From NCBI GenBank assembly GCA_038850285.1, contig JAWCMA010000002.1, positions 110,548 through 146,448 on the forward strand: DNA of 35,901 bases. The letters are read 5' to 3'. Source of the DNA: Methanocellales archaeon. Its GTDB lineage: Archaea > Halobacteriota > JAWCLZ01. A program made the position numbers and the translations under genes. Position 1 is the stretch's first letter. Every line of letters starts with the position of its first letter. This document shows, one piece after another, positions 26,450 to 35,444 of the stretch. The notes under the pieces were generated by a model. It saw only the letters and a program-made list of their open reading frames with translations. It had not been told where the DNA came from and made no database searches.

Positions 26450-27961
26450 TTATTTCTTCATATTGAATACTATGGTTTTTATGGTGGTCATTTCATCTAT
26501 GCTATAGCCCAAGCCTTCTCTTCCAACTCCAGATTCTTTTATTCCACCGAAGGGGAAGTTGCCTACTCCATGCCCAGGTGCATCATTTATAGTTATTTCT
26601 CCAACTTGCAGGGATTTAGCAGCTTGCCAAGCGTGGAATAGATTTGAGGTGAATATAGCGCTATCCAAGCCATATTTCGATCGATTTGCTATTTCAATTG
26701 CTTCATCTAAGTTTTTGACTCTTATAATTGTGAGCACAGGCCCAAATGTTTCTTCCCATGCTATATCAGCATTTAATGGCACGTGGTCGAGAATGGTTGG
26801 ATGGTAATAATTTTTCTCAAATTTGCCGCCTGCTAGGAGCTTTGCTCCTTTAAGCACTGCATCTTTTACCAAGCGATCTACTTTTTTAACTGCAGTTTCA
26901 TTGGTCAGGGGACCTATTCTTGTCTCTTTATCTCTGGGGTCGCCTATTTTCCATTCCTGCACTTCTTTTATGGCTTTAGCTACAAAGAGGTCTGCTATTT
27001 TTTCGCATACCAAGATTCGGCTTATGGCATCGCATCTTTGTCCTGAGTTTTTAAGCGCGCCTTCAATGCATTTTTTAACCGCTTGGTCTAAATCAGCGTC
27101 TTCTAAAACAATGGCTGCTGCTTTGCCTCCGAGTTCTAAGTGGCGTTTCTTCATTCCAGCTAAACTTGCAATTCTCTTCCCAACTTCGGTGCTGCCTGTG
27201 AAGGAGATCATGTTGATTTTTTCATGTGTAATTAGCAAATCGCCTATTTCCCCGCCCCCTCCTACTACGACGTTTAGGCATCCCTCTTTTATTCCCGCTG
27301 CTTCGAGTATTCGGGTGAATAATAGCAGGGTTATGGGCGTGTCGGTTGAGGGCTTGGCAACCACTGTATTGCCGCTGGCTAAAGCTGGTATTACCTTAGC
27401 AGCTGCTATGTAAAGCGGGTAGTTAAATGGCGCTATGGCTGCCACCACTCCAAGTGGTTCTCTTATCACTATTGCGAATTTGCCAATTGTATCTTTAACG
27501 AATTCTCCAGGTATGTATTCCCCTGCAATTTTCCTCACTTCTTCCATCGCTAGCTCTAAGCGCTCCGCAGTTGCAATTACTTCACTCTCAGCTGCTTTAA
27601 ATGGCTTGCCTAGTTCAACAACTATAGTTGAGGCAATTTCAGCTTTATGTTTCAATAATAGCTCGCGAGCTCTCTGAAAGATTTCCAGTTTTTCTATAAC
27701 TGGTATATCTCTACTCTTTTTTCTATTTTCATGGGCGGCATTTATCGCTGCTTCTATTTCTCTTCTGCTTGCTTTTGCCACTCTTGCAGCTATACTATTA
27801 TCAATTGGGGTATCTACTTCGATGGTTTCACCTGTGAAAATCCACTTTCCATTGATGTACATTTTAAACTTAGGAAGACCGTCGTCGTCTATTTCGTATA
27901 TAGGTTTGAAGAAATCCCCAAGTTCTATTTTAGGCTTCTCTCCTATTGCTATGTTCATCAT
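26450..27961 (-). CDS. gapN: Aldehyde dehydrogenase, probably non-phosphorylating glyceraldehyde-3-phosphate dehydrogenase
   Basis: PFNYP, FTGS, LELGGK, SGQRCDAI (GAPN-type), EETFGP and FPFGG.K.SG.GREG motifs. Confidence 0.82.
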   Translation of the reverse strand: MMNIAIGEKPKIELGDFFKPIYEIDDDGLPKFKMYINGKWIFTGETIEVDTPIDNSIAARVAKASRREIEAAINAAHENRKKSRDIPVIEKLEIFQRARELLLKHKAEIASTIVVELGKPFKAAESEVIATAERLELAMEEVRKIAGEYIPGEFVKDTIGKFAIVIREPLGVVAAIAPFNYPLYIAAAKVIPALASGNTVVAKPSTDTPITLLLFTRILEAAGIKEGCLNVVVGGGGEIGDLLITHEKINMISFTGSTEVGKRIASLAGMKKRHLELGGKAAAIVLEDADLDQAVKKCIEGALKNSGQRCDAISRILVCEKIADLFVAKAIKEVQEWKIGDPRDKETRIGPLTNETAVKKVDRLVKDAVLKGAKLLAGGKFEKNYYHPTILDHVPLNADIAWEETFGPVLTIIRVKNLDEAIEIANRSKYGLDSAIFTSNLFHAWQAAKSLQVGEITINDAPGHGVGNFPFGGIKESGVGREGLGYSIDEMTTIKTIVFNMKK

Positions 27962-27993
27962 TTTTTGCCTCCTTATTTGATATTGATTTAGCT

Positions 27994-28242
27994 TTAGAAT
28001 GCAATAGCTTTTTCAGTACTATGTGAGTGCTGAATATGCTCTTTTTTAAGTGCCTCGGAGATTGCTTTTCCCAGCAGAAGTATTGCCTTTCTATGCTGTT
28101 TTCGACTTTTATGCACGTGCATGGGGCTTACATTTAAAGCACTGTATTTACTGAGATCACAGGCTATTTGATTTTGCTCTAGGAATTCCTTTACCTGGTA
28201 TAAAGCTAGGTGGATTTTAATTAATTCAAGTTTATTCATCAA
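27994..28242 (-). CDS. UPF0058 family protein
   Basis: KLELIKIH..Y..LNVSPMHVHKSR..H..AILLLG. Confidence 0.8.
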   Translation of the reverse strand: MMNKLELIKIHLALYQVKEFLEQNQIACDLSKYSALNVSPMHVHKSRKQHRKAILLLGKAISEALKKEHIQHSHSTEKAIAF

Positions 28243-28270
28243 TTAAAGTATTGTTTTCCTTATTTATTAA

Positions 28271-28292
28271 TTTTTTGATAACTATCAAAAAA
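28271..28292. promoter_or_regulatory. 22-bp palindrome TTTTTTGATA-AC-TATCAAAAAA (operator and/or terminator)
   Basis: Perfect 10-bp arms; directly upstream of a minus-strand TATA-like TTAATAAA for the UPF0058 gene. Confidence 0.55.
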
Positions 28293-28299
28293 GTGATAA

Positions 28300-28659
28300 C
28301 TAAGCTTCGATACACTGTTCAAGCAATCCACTGGGCTTTAGTCTAGCAAGCATCGCTTCATATTTCTTTTTATCCTCGAGCATATCATTCAAAAGCTTTT
28401 CTTGAGCGTGGGTGCCTTTCTTTACTCTAACTTCAACCTCTTTGCCTAGCTTTTTCTCGAGAGCATATTTTATAACCACGCCAATCAAACCGCCCATTGG
28501 ACAGAAGGGCGAAGTTGGCTTGAACTCGATTCTAGCTTTATCGCCCTCTATGGAGATATCCTCAGCTTCCACAATTTTCAAATCGAGAACAGATATAGGA
28601 TGCTCTGGATCGTAGACCTTTTTTAAAATGTCGAGAATTTCCTTTCTATCCATATTCAA
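28300..28659 (-). CDS. DUF59 (MIP18/SufT-like) Fe-S cluster assembly protein
   Basis: VYDPEHPISVLDL and PTSPFCPM motifs. Confidence 0.88.
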   Translation of the reverse strand: MNMDRKEILDILKKVYDPEHPISVLDLKIVEAEDISIEGDKARIEFKPTSPFCPMGGLIGVVIKYALEKKLGKEVEVRVKKGTHAQEKLLNDMLEDKKKYEAMLARLKPSGLLEQCIEA

Positions 28660-28728
28660 ACCTCTAATTTACTTCTCCTCTAAATATATATAGCTTTCAA
28701 TATAGTTTTAATATAGCTTTAAATAACT

Positions 28729-28765
28729 TGTTCGTAAATTTACGAACATTCGATGGCTATCGAAT
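28729..28765. promoter_or_regulatory. Two tandem MsvR-type boxes (TTCG-N8-CGAA)
   Basis: TGTTCGTAAATTTACGAACA (28729-28748, perfect palindrome) and ATTCGATGGCTATCGAAT (28748-28765), abutting TTTTATATA. Confidence 0.8.
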
Positions 28766-28802
28766 AATTTTATATATCTTTTTTGCTTTTATATTTTACT
28801 AT

Positions 28803-30125
28803 ATGGAAATATTCGCCACCAAAAAAGGAATAATAGCAGTTAAAAACCCAGTTCGAATTCAAATTTTAGAGGCACTTCAAGAAACCGAGTGCACCTTCGA
28901 AGAACTCGTGGAATGCGTTAAAAAAGCCAAGTCCACAGTTTCAGTGCATCTTGAAAAAATGCAGAGAGATGGATTAATAAGCTCTTGTTTGGATAAGAAA
29001 GACAAGCGCAAGAAAATTTATCGCTGCACTGCAACCTATATTGGCACAACAACTGCAAGTAAATATGAACTCGCTGAACAGATAAAAGAAGACCTACGCT
29101 TGAATGTAAATGAGATGAATCGCTTTATAAATGCAATCCAAGAATTGAAAGCTGGAGAGCATATCTGCTTGCTCTATGAAACCGAAGAAGAGCGATATAA
29201 AGCGCTTGTGCCCTATTTCAAAGAAGCGCTGAATAAAAATGAGCTATGCCTTTACATTGCCTTCGAAAATGCAGCTAAAGTGAAAAAAACCCTAGAGACA
29301 AGCGGTTTGAATGCAGCATCAAAGCAGCTTAATATCACAGCTCGAAACAATTTCAATCCTGAAAGCATACTAGCTTTGATGAAGAAAAAATTAGAACTTG
29401 CACTTAATGAGGGATATAATGGGCTGAGAATAGCCATTGAAATAACTGAAAAAAATTTAAATACACTCCTAGAATATGAATCCAAGCTCAACCTCTCTCT
29501 CCCAAGTTCAAAAGCACTTGCAATTTGCCAGTATAGGAGAAATAAATTCCCCCCTCAAGTGCTCTTGGAAATCCTCAAGAGCCATACAGTTGTCATCGCA
29601 AGCGATACTGTATGCCGGAACTTCAACTACATACCTTTAAAGGAAGATAAAGAAGAAGAACTCAATAGCTATATTTTTAACTTAATAGAGATGGAGAAAC
29701 TCCAAAATCAAAGGCCATTTAACCTCATGCGCTCTCTATTTCGAGCAATGCGCTATATAGCTCAAGCCATGGGGATGGATACAAAGCCCGCTCTACGGCT
29801 CACTGGTCGTGAAATAGGCAGAGAACTTGCAAGGTTAATGCACGCCACTGAGCCAATTGGTTTAATAAAGGAGATCGCCAGTTTCTGGGAATCAAATAGA
29901 ATGGGGAAAATCTCCATCGTTAAATCACATCTCCCTTTTGAAATCATCATTGAAAATTGCTATGAATGCTGTGGAATGCCCAATGTTGGCACCACTCTTT
30001 GCGCATTAGATGAAGGACTTATAAGCGCACTCTTAGATGAAAAACTAGATGTTAAAAGCACTGTAAAGGAAAAGGAATGCTGGGGATCTGGATATAACCA
30101 CTGTCGATTCACAATTGAATGGTAG
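28803..30125 (+). CDS. MsvR-like regulator: ArsR-type wHTH + MEDS sensory domain + Cys-rich V4R domain
   Basis: NPVRIQIL..KAKSTVSVHL..DKRKKIY (wHTH); GEHICLLYE..GLRI..LEYESKLN..ICQY..SH..NFNYIP (MEDS); CYECC..LCALDEG..ECWGSG..HCRF (V4R). Confidence 0.88.
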   Translation: MEIFATKKGIIAVKNPVRIQILEALQETECTFEELVECVKKAKSTVSVHLEKMQRDGLISSCLDKKDKRKKIYRCTATYIGTTTASKYELAEQIKEDLRLNVNEMNRFINAIQELKAGEHICLLYETEEERYKALVPYFKEALNKNELCLYIAFENAAKVKKTLETSGLNAASKQLNITARNNFNPESILALMKKKLELALNEGYNGLRIAIEITEKNLNTLLEYESKLNLSLPSSKALAICQYRRNKFPPQVLLEILKSHTVVIASDTVCRNFNYIPLKEDKEEELNSYIFNLIEMEKLQNQRPFNLMRSLFRAMRYIAQAMGMDTKPALRLTGREIGRELARLMHATEPIGLIKEIASFWESNRMGKISIVKSHLPFEIIIENCYECCGMPNVGTTLCALDEGLISALLDEKLDVKSTVKEKECWGSGYNHCRFTIEW

Positions 30126-30172
30126 AGAAAATTATTTTTGCTACTTCAAATAAATAAAAAAATAAGAAACAC

Positions 30173-30286
30173 ATGCAGCCTGAAACAGCCAAGGTAATCA
30201 TAGTACTGGGCTTTTTATTTGCAGTTCTCGCTGTTTCACTGCTGAAAATGGAAACCTTGGTGAGAGCCATTCTCAAGCGCTTTTAG
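30173..30286 (+). CDS. Small single-TM protein, 37 aa (MQPETAKVIIVLGFLFAVLAVSLLKMETLVRAILKRF)
   Basis: Manual translation; clean hydrophobic helix with a basic C-terminus; below the ORF-track cutoff. Confidence 0.45.
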   Translation: MQPETAKVIIVLGFLFAVLAVSLLKMETLVRAILKRF

Positions 30287-30308
30287 TTTCTAGCTTTTAG
30301 TTTCTAGC
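30281..30308. repeat. Tandem 14-mer TTTTAGTTTCTAGC x2
   Basis: Seen directly. Confidence 0.8.
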
Positions 30309-30377
30309 GCTTGCAGTGTAGATCAAAAAAGCTAAGTATATAATATATAAGCAAAATTTATCTGCGGGGAAAAATTT

Positions 30378-31358
30378 ATGCAGGATAAAACAACTACAAC
30401 CCTAAAAACCCTAGAAATTATAGAAGCAATTGCAGTTATTGGATATATATACTATGTGCTTACTGGAAGATATGCCTTTGCACTCATCGCTCCCAAAACA
30501 GCGATATTTCAAGCCTTCCTAGGTCTATTTTTCCTCATACTCCTCATAGGAATGGTTAATTTATTATATCGCTGGACATTGCCACTTCATGGAAGTGGCT
30601 TGGCAAAAATCCTAGCTAGCTTTCTAAGCTGGATCAAAAAAACTGTATTAAGCTGGAAAATTTTTTTAATACTTGAGGCACTCGTGATTCAAGGTTTTTT
30701 GCAGAGCAAAATATTCAAGCAAAGCAAGCTCCGCTGGGTAATGCATATGACACTTGCCTGGGGCTGCTTGATATTCCTAGTGCTCTATACAATAGATATC
30801 AAAGAGATAATCGAAAAACTGCCACTCGGTAGCGCACTTGCCCAGGGAATTGATATCGTCATTTTATTAATAGCTTTACTCGCAACTATAGGTGGATTAA
30901 CCGCAGTTGTTAGAAACTGGGACAAGCGGCCTGAAATCATGGTTATATTGCTAATAGCCGGGGTAATGCTATGGTATGCGATTTCCAGCGAAACTGCTTT
31001 TGACTATCTATATAGCACTGGTCTATTCATCTATGAAAAGCTACTCTACAACTTAGCAGCTGTTTTAGTTTTCATTGGATTAACCATAGTATTCATTCGC
31101 AGGCGATCAAAGGAAGTTAAGCCCCTTACTGACTTCAAAATAGATGTATCAGCAATTATATTAATCACAATATTATCTGCAACTGGCTTCGCTGGCTTCT
31201 ATCTCCAATATATCTCAGCCCTTGCTCACGAGGTAATTCTCCACGTGCACTTCATCACCACCTTCGGCGTCATAGCCTACTTCCCATTCAGCAAATTCCT
31301 GCATATACCAACTGCAAAGTTGAGCTATATTCTAAACGCCGTGGAGGTGCATCATTAA
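30378..31358 (+). CDS. hdrE: HdrE/NarI-like membrane cytochrome b subunit
   Basis: RWVMHMTLAWG, TGF and VHF..IAYFPFSKFLHI motifs; multiple TM helices; coupled to the hdrD-like gene. Confidence 0.75.
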   Translation: MQDKTTTTLKTLEIIEAIAVIGYIYYVLTGRYAFALIAPKTAIFQAFLGLFFLILLIGMVNLLYRWTLPLHGSGLAKILASFLSWIKKTVLSWKIFLILEALVIQGFLQSKIFKQSKLRWVMHMTLAWGCLIFLVLYTIDIKEIIEKLPLGSALAQGIDIVILLIALLATIGGLTAVVRNWDKRPEIMVILLIAGVMLWYAISSETAFDYLYSTGLFIYEKLLYNLAAVLVFIGLTIVFIRRRSKEVKPLTDFKIDVSAIILITILSATGFAGFYLQYISALAHEVILHVHFITTFGVIAYFPFSKFLHIPTAKLSYILNAVEVHH

Positions 31359-32563
31359 TGCAAGCTCAAGCCCGAGGATTCAAGCCCAAGAATTTAAGCT
31401 TCAAGCAAATGATCGAAGTCGACGCTTGCATGCGCTGCAATGAATGCTTGAAATTCTGCCCAGTGGTAGATATATATGGCAATGAAGTCGGCCCGAGAGG
31501 TAAAATCCACTTCTTCCGAGAGCTAATCAAGGGCAATGACTTAATCGCGAGATTGCTGGGCAGAAGTTCAAATATCACTGAGGAAGAGGTCAATAAATAT
31601 ACTCAGAATTTATACATCTGCACCTCTTGCTTACAGTGCAGAGAAGTCTGCGAAGCAGGTATAAATACCGTTTCAATGTGGGAGGCAATGCGAGCAGACG
31701 TGGTGGAGAGAGGCAATGGTCCAATGCCTGCGCATAGAGCAATAAGAGAGAGGGTGGAAAAATTAGGCAATCCCTATAATGAAAATCCAGAAAAGCGCCT
31801 TGCTTGGATTCAGCCGGGAATGAAAATTGCTGAGAAAGCGGATTTGCTTTTTTTCGTGGGCTGCACCTCTGCTCTTCGAATGACAATGCTTGCACAAGCA
31901 GTGACTAAGATATTAAATTACGCTAAAATTGAATTCACCTATCTAGGCAAAGCTGAACTATGCTGCGGATCGCCCTTGCTCAGAACCGGGCAGAGAGAAA
32001 CCGCTTATAAAGTGATAAGAAGGAATGTAGAGCTGATAAAGCAAAAAGGCGTTAAAAAAGTCGTGGCCGCTTGCGCTGGCTGCGCGAACACTTCTAAAAA
32101 TGACTGGCCAAAGGTAGTGGGAAAACTGCCCTTTGAAGTGCAGCATATCTCAGAGTTCTTCCTCGATTTAGTGATGGAGGGGAGGCTGAAGTTTAATAAA
32201 ACTCTCGATTTAAAGGTAACCTATCACGATCCCTGCCACATAGGCAGGCATATGAAGCTATATGAAGAGCCGAGGAAGGCAATTGAAAGCATACCTGGGG
32301 TTAAAATTATTGAGATGAAGCGCAATCGAGAAATGGCAATGTGCTGCGGCGCAGGAGGCGGCTTTAGATCAGCTTTTTCCAACGATGCGATTGCAATCGC
32401 CAGCAAAAGAGTGAGGCAAGCTCAAGAGGAAACCCAGACGAATATGATGGTTACCTCTTGTCCATTCTGCCGCTTAAATTTAACCGATGGAGCGAAGAGT
32501 ATAGGAGCAGACCTCAAGGTAATAAATATAGAGGAGCTATATACCCGCGCCCTTGGACTGTGA
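31358..32563 (+). CDS. hdrD: HdrD-like heterodisulfide reductase Fe-S subunit
   Basis: CMRCNECLKFCP and CTSCLQCREVC; two CCG domains (FVGC..CCG..CAGC; YHDPCH..CCGAGGG..CPFC). Confidence 0.82.
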   Translation: MQAQARGFKPKNLSFKQMIEVDACMRCNECLKFCPVVDIYGNEVGPRGKIHFFRELIKGNDLIARLLGRSSNITEEEVNKYTQNLYICTSCLQCREVCEAGINTVSMWEAMRADVVERGNGPMPAHRAIRERVEKLGNPYNENPEKRLAWIQPGMKIAEKADLLFFVGCTSALRMTMLAQAVTKILNYAKIEFTYLGKAELCCGSPLLRTGQRETAYKVIRRNVELIKQKGVKKVVAACAGCANTSKNDWPKVVGKLPFEVQHISEFFLDLVMEGRLKFNKTLDLKVTYHDPCHIGRHMKLYEEPRKAIESIPGVKIIEMKRNREMAMCCGAGGGFRSAFSNDAIAIASKRVRQAQEETQTNMMVTSCPFCRLNLTDGAKSIGADLKVINIEELYTRALGL

Positions 32564-32616
32564 ATAGAAAACAGAAAGCGAAAACTATTAAACTTGAAAT
32601 AATATTAAAGAATTCG

Positions 32617-33156
32617 ATGAGAACTTCTCAATCGAGCCGGAAAACGAATGAAACTCAAGTGAAGATAAAGCTAAACCTCGATGGAACTGGAGTGGCAAAT
32701 GTTGAAACAGGAATTCATTTTTTTGATAATTTATTGAAAGTCTTCGCTGCTTCCGCTAAATTCGACCTCGAGGTAAAGGTAAAGGGAGACTTGGAAACTG
32801 GAGATCACCATATAGTTGAAGATACAGCCATAGTATTAGCGCAGGCATTTTCAAGCGCAATTGATAAAGGAGCTATCGAGCAAACGGGCTTTGCCATAGT
32901 TCCAGTTGAAGATTCCATTGCAGCTGCAGCGGTGAACCTCGATAAACCATATTTTACCTCGGAGTTTGAATTCAAAGGAGAGAAAATTGAGGATATGCAA
33001 ACCGAGAATATATCACACTTCCTTCAAACCTTCGCATATAATGCAAGGCTAACCCTCCATATCAATGCTAAGGGTAAAAAAGACCGCTCCCTCGCTATAG
33101 CAATATTCAAAGCCCTGGGAATAGCACTTAGAATCGCTTGCAAAACTCTTAGATAA
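32617..33156 (+). CDS. Divergent HisB (IGPD-fold) paralogue lacking several catalytic metal ligands
   Basis: RKTNET, LNLDGTG, TGIHFFD, GDL..DHHIVED and FKALG retained; second HHxxE motif replaced by RSLAI; start ATG 32617. Confidence 0.8.
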   Translation: MRTSQSSRKTNETQVKIKLNLDGTGVANVETGIHFFDNLLKVFAASAKFDLEVKVKGDLETGDHHIVEDTAIVLAQAFSSAIDKGAIEQTGFAIVPVEDSIAAAAVNLDKPYFTSEFEFKGEKIEDMQTENISHFLQTFAYNARLTLHINAKGKKDRSLAIAIFKALGIALRIACKTLR

Positions 33157-33196
33157 ATTTTTATTTCTTCCTGCTTTATACTCTTTGGTGTACTTT

Positions 33197-33952
33197 ATGG
33201 ACTGGAAAAAACATAGCGAGGATTTAAACAAGCATTTGCATTTGAATAGCTATCCCATTGGAATGCGCCTTTATGAGCGTGCAAACGATATACCTCAGAT
33301 GGTGAAGATGCAGCCTCAGAAAGTTAACATCTGCCAGCTTGCAACCATAGCTAGAGTATACAACTGGGCAGTTGGAAGCATAAATAAAAATATGATCTGC
33401 GCCCTAGGGGCAGCTTGCTTGGGAATGATTACCACTCCTAAGCGAATTATAGAGGGAGAGATAAACTGCGGTGTTTATCAAAAAGACCTAGCTGCTGCTA
33501 AGAAAATGCAAGAAGCCCTTCCCAAGCTGGGGAAGAAGCAATATGAAGCAGTTATGTTTTCATCTCTAGAGCGCATTCCCGTGGATCCCGAGGTAATTGT
33601 GATTTATGGCAATCCAGCTCAGATCTTGCGATTGGTTCAAGCTGCACTTTACCGCGAAGGCGGTAGGTTTGATTCAAGCACAGTGGGGGATGCTGGACTC
33701 TGCAATACCATTGCAAGAGTGCTACTCACGAAGAAGCCAGCCATGGATTTGCCTTGCTATGGAGAGCGCAGATTTGCCGCGGTTCAAGACCACGAAACTC
33801 TATTTGCATATCCTGCTGAATTCTGCGATAGAATAATCGAGGGACTTGAGGGCACGCACAAAGGAGGAGTGCGCTATCCAATTCCAGTGCAGCTTGACTG
33901 GTCTCCGAAGATGCCAAAGGGCTTTGTATTAATAGATGAAGATCTAAAATAA
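33197..33952 (+). CDS. DUF169 family protein
   Basis: YPIG, ICQ, CALGAACLG, PEVIVIYGNPAQ and PCYGERRF motifs. Confidence 0.85.
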   Translation: MDWKKHSEDLNKHLHLNSYPIGMRLYERANDIPQMVKMQPQKVNICQLATIARVYNWAVGSINKNMICALGAACLGMITTPKRIIEGEINCGVYQKDLAAAKKMQEALPKLGKKQYEAVMFSSLERIPVDPEVIVIYGNPAQILRLVQAALYREGGRFDSSTVGDAGLCNTIARVLLTKKPAMDLPCYGERRFAAVQDHETLFAYPAEFCDRIIEGLEGTHKGGVRYPIPVQLDWSPKMPKGFVLIDEDLK

Positions 33953-33990
33953 TATATTATATTATTTTAAAAATCTATTCTTTTTTCAAG

Positions 33991-35370
33991 GTGAACCTTT
34001 TGAATAAGAGCGAGGTTGAAAAATCGGCTTTAATAGCTGTTACCTTAGCCTCATTTCTAACGCCATTTGCAGTCTCAGCAGTAAATGTAGCACTTCCAAC
34101 TATTGGAAGGGAATTTGCCATGGATGCCATTTCTTTAAACTGGGTAGCAACTGCTTATCTTTTAGCCTCAGCTATTTTTCTAGTTCCACTCGGTAAACTG
34201 GCAGATATACAAGGGAGGAAAAAGCTCTTCATCTACGGCACATTTATATTCATCCTTACCTCTCTTCTCCTCGCAATTTCAAACTCGGGAGTGATGTTGA
34301 TATTTTTACGCGCCGCACAGGGAATAGGAGGTGCTATGATATTTGGCACTGGAGTGGCAATTTTAACCTCTGTATTTCCAGTTGGGGAGAGAGGCAAGGT
34401 GCTGGGAATAAACGTTGCCGCGGTTTACATAGGGTTATCGACAGGGCCATTTCTAGGGGGATTCCTCACCCAGCAGTTGGGATGGAGAAGCATTTTTTAT
34501 TTAAACATACCCCTGGGCTGCTTGATAATTGCCTTCAGTGCTTTAAAATTAAAAGGGGAGTGGGCTGAGGCGAAGGGGGAGAAATTTGATTTAGCTGGTT
34601 CTCTTATTTATTGCTTTATGCTTCTCTCAATAATGTATGGATTTTCCCTCTTGCCAGCGATTTCAGGAGCTTGGCTGATCTTAATAGGCGCGCTAGGATT
34701 ACTTGTCTTCATTCAATGGGAATTGAAAGTAAAAAATCCAGTTTTGAATCTCAATCTCTTTAAAGCTAACCCAGTATTTGCTTTCTCTAATTTAGCTGCT
34801 TTGATAAACTACAGTGCAACTTTTGCAGTTGGCTTTCTATTAAGCCTCTATCTGCAGTATATAAAGGGCTTAAATCCACAGGAGGCAGGAGTAATTTTAG
34901 TTTCTCAGCCTGCTGTGCAGGCTGTTTTCTCGCCACTTGCAGGTAGACTTTCAGATAAAATTGAGCCTAGAATAGTTGCTTCATTTGGAATGGCATTAAC
35001 CGCATCGGGGCTTTTTCTATTCACATTTCTTAGGGAGGAAACAGCTCTTGAGTTTATTATAGCTAGCTTGATTTTACTTGGCTTCGGCTTTGCGCTGTTC
35101 TCAAGTCCAAATACAAATGCAGTTATGAGCGCTGTGGATAAGAGATTCTATGGTATAGCAAGTGCTACCCTTGGTACAATGCGATTAACCGGTCAAATGC
35201 TTAGCATGGGTATAGCTATGCTAATTTTCGCTATTTACATTGGAAGGGTGGAGATAAATCCCGCTATTTATCCACAGCTATTGAGAAGCACTCAAATTGC
35301 ATTTGGAATATTCGCCGCGCTGTGCTTCGCAGGCATCTTTGCATCCCTCGCTAGGGGAAAATTGAGATAA
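33991..35370 (+). CDS. MFS transporter, DHA2 (14-TM) type
   Basis: VNVALPTI, WVATAYLL, GKLADIQGRKK, RAAQGIG and GWRSIF motifs. Confidence 0.92.
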   Translation: MNLLNKSEVEKSALIAVTLASFLTPFAVSAVNVALPTIGREFAMDAISLNWVATAYLLASAIFLVPLGKLADIQGRKKLFIYGTFIFILTSLLLAISNSGVMLIFLRAAQGIGGAMIFGTGVAILTSVFPVGERGKVLGINVAAVYIGLSTGPFLGGFLTQQLGWRSIFYLNIPLGCLIIAFSALKLKGEWAEAKGEKFDLAGSLIYCFMLLSIMYGFSLLPAISGAWLILIGALGLLVFIQWELKVKNPVLNLNLFKANPVFAFSNLAALINYSATFAVGFLLSLYLQYIKGLNPQEAGVILVSQPAVQAVFSPLAGRLSDKIEPRIVASFGMALTASGLFLFTFLREETALEFIIASLILLGFGFALFSSPNTNAVMSAVDKRFYGIASATLGTMRLTGQMLSMGIAMLIFAIYIGRVEINPAIYPQLLRSTQIAFGIFAALCFAGIFASLARGKLR

Positions 35371-35444
35371 GAGCTAAGAAATAAATGGGAGTTTAAAATA
35401 AGAATGCTAAGGATAAGGAAAATTAGAAAAAGGTAGGATAAACC

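Noticed and set aside
28728-28802. TTG-started N-terminal extension of the MsvR-like ORF
   Set aside because: It overlaps the operator boxes and TATA; family-like sequence begins at ATG 28803.
32458-32616. N-terminal extension of the HisB-like ORF
   Set aside because: It overlaps hdrD by ~100 nt in another frame; HisB similarity begins at ATG 32617.
580-33917. Many antisense or alternate-frame ORFs in the track (e.g. 580-822, 8749-9057, 21461-22027, 24458-25042, 26823-27413)
   Set aside because: They are shadows of well-supported genes, with atypical composition and no motifs.
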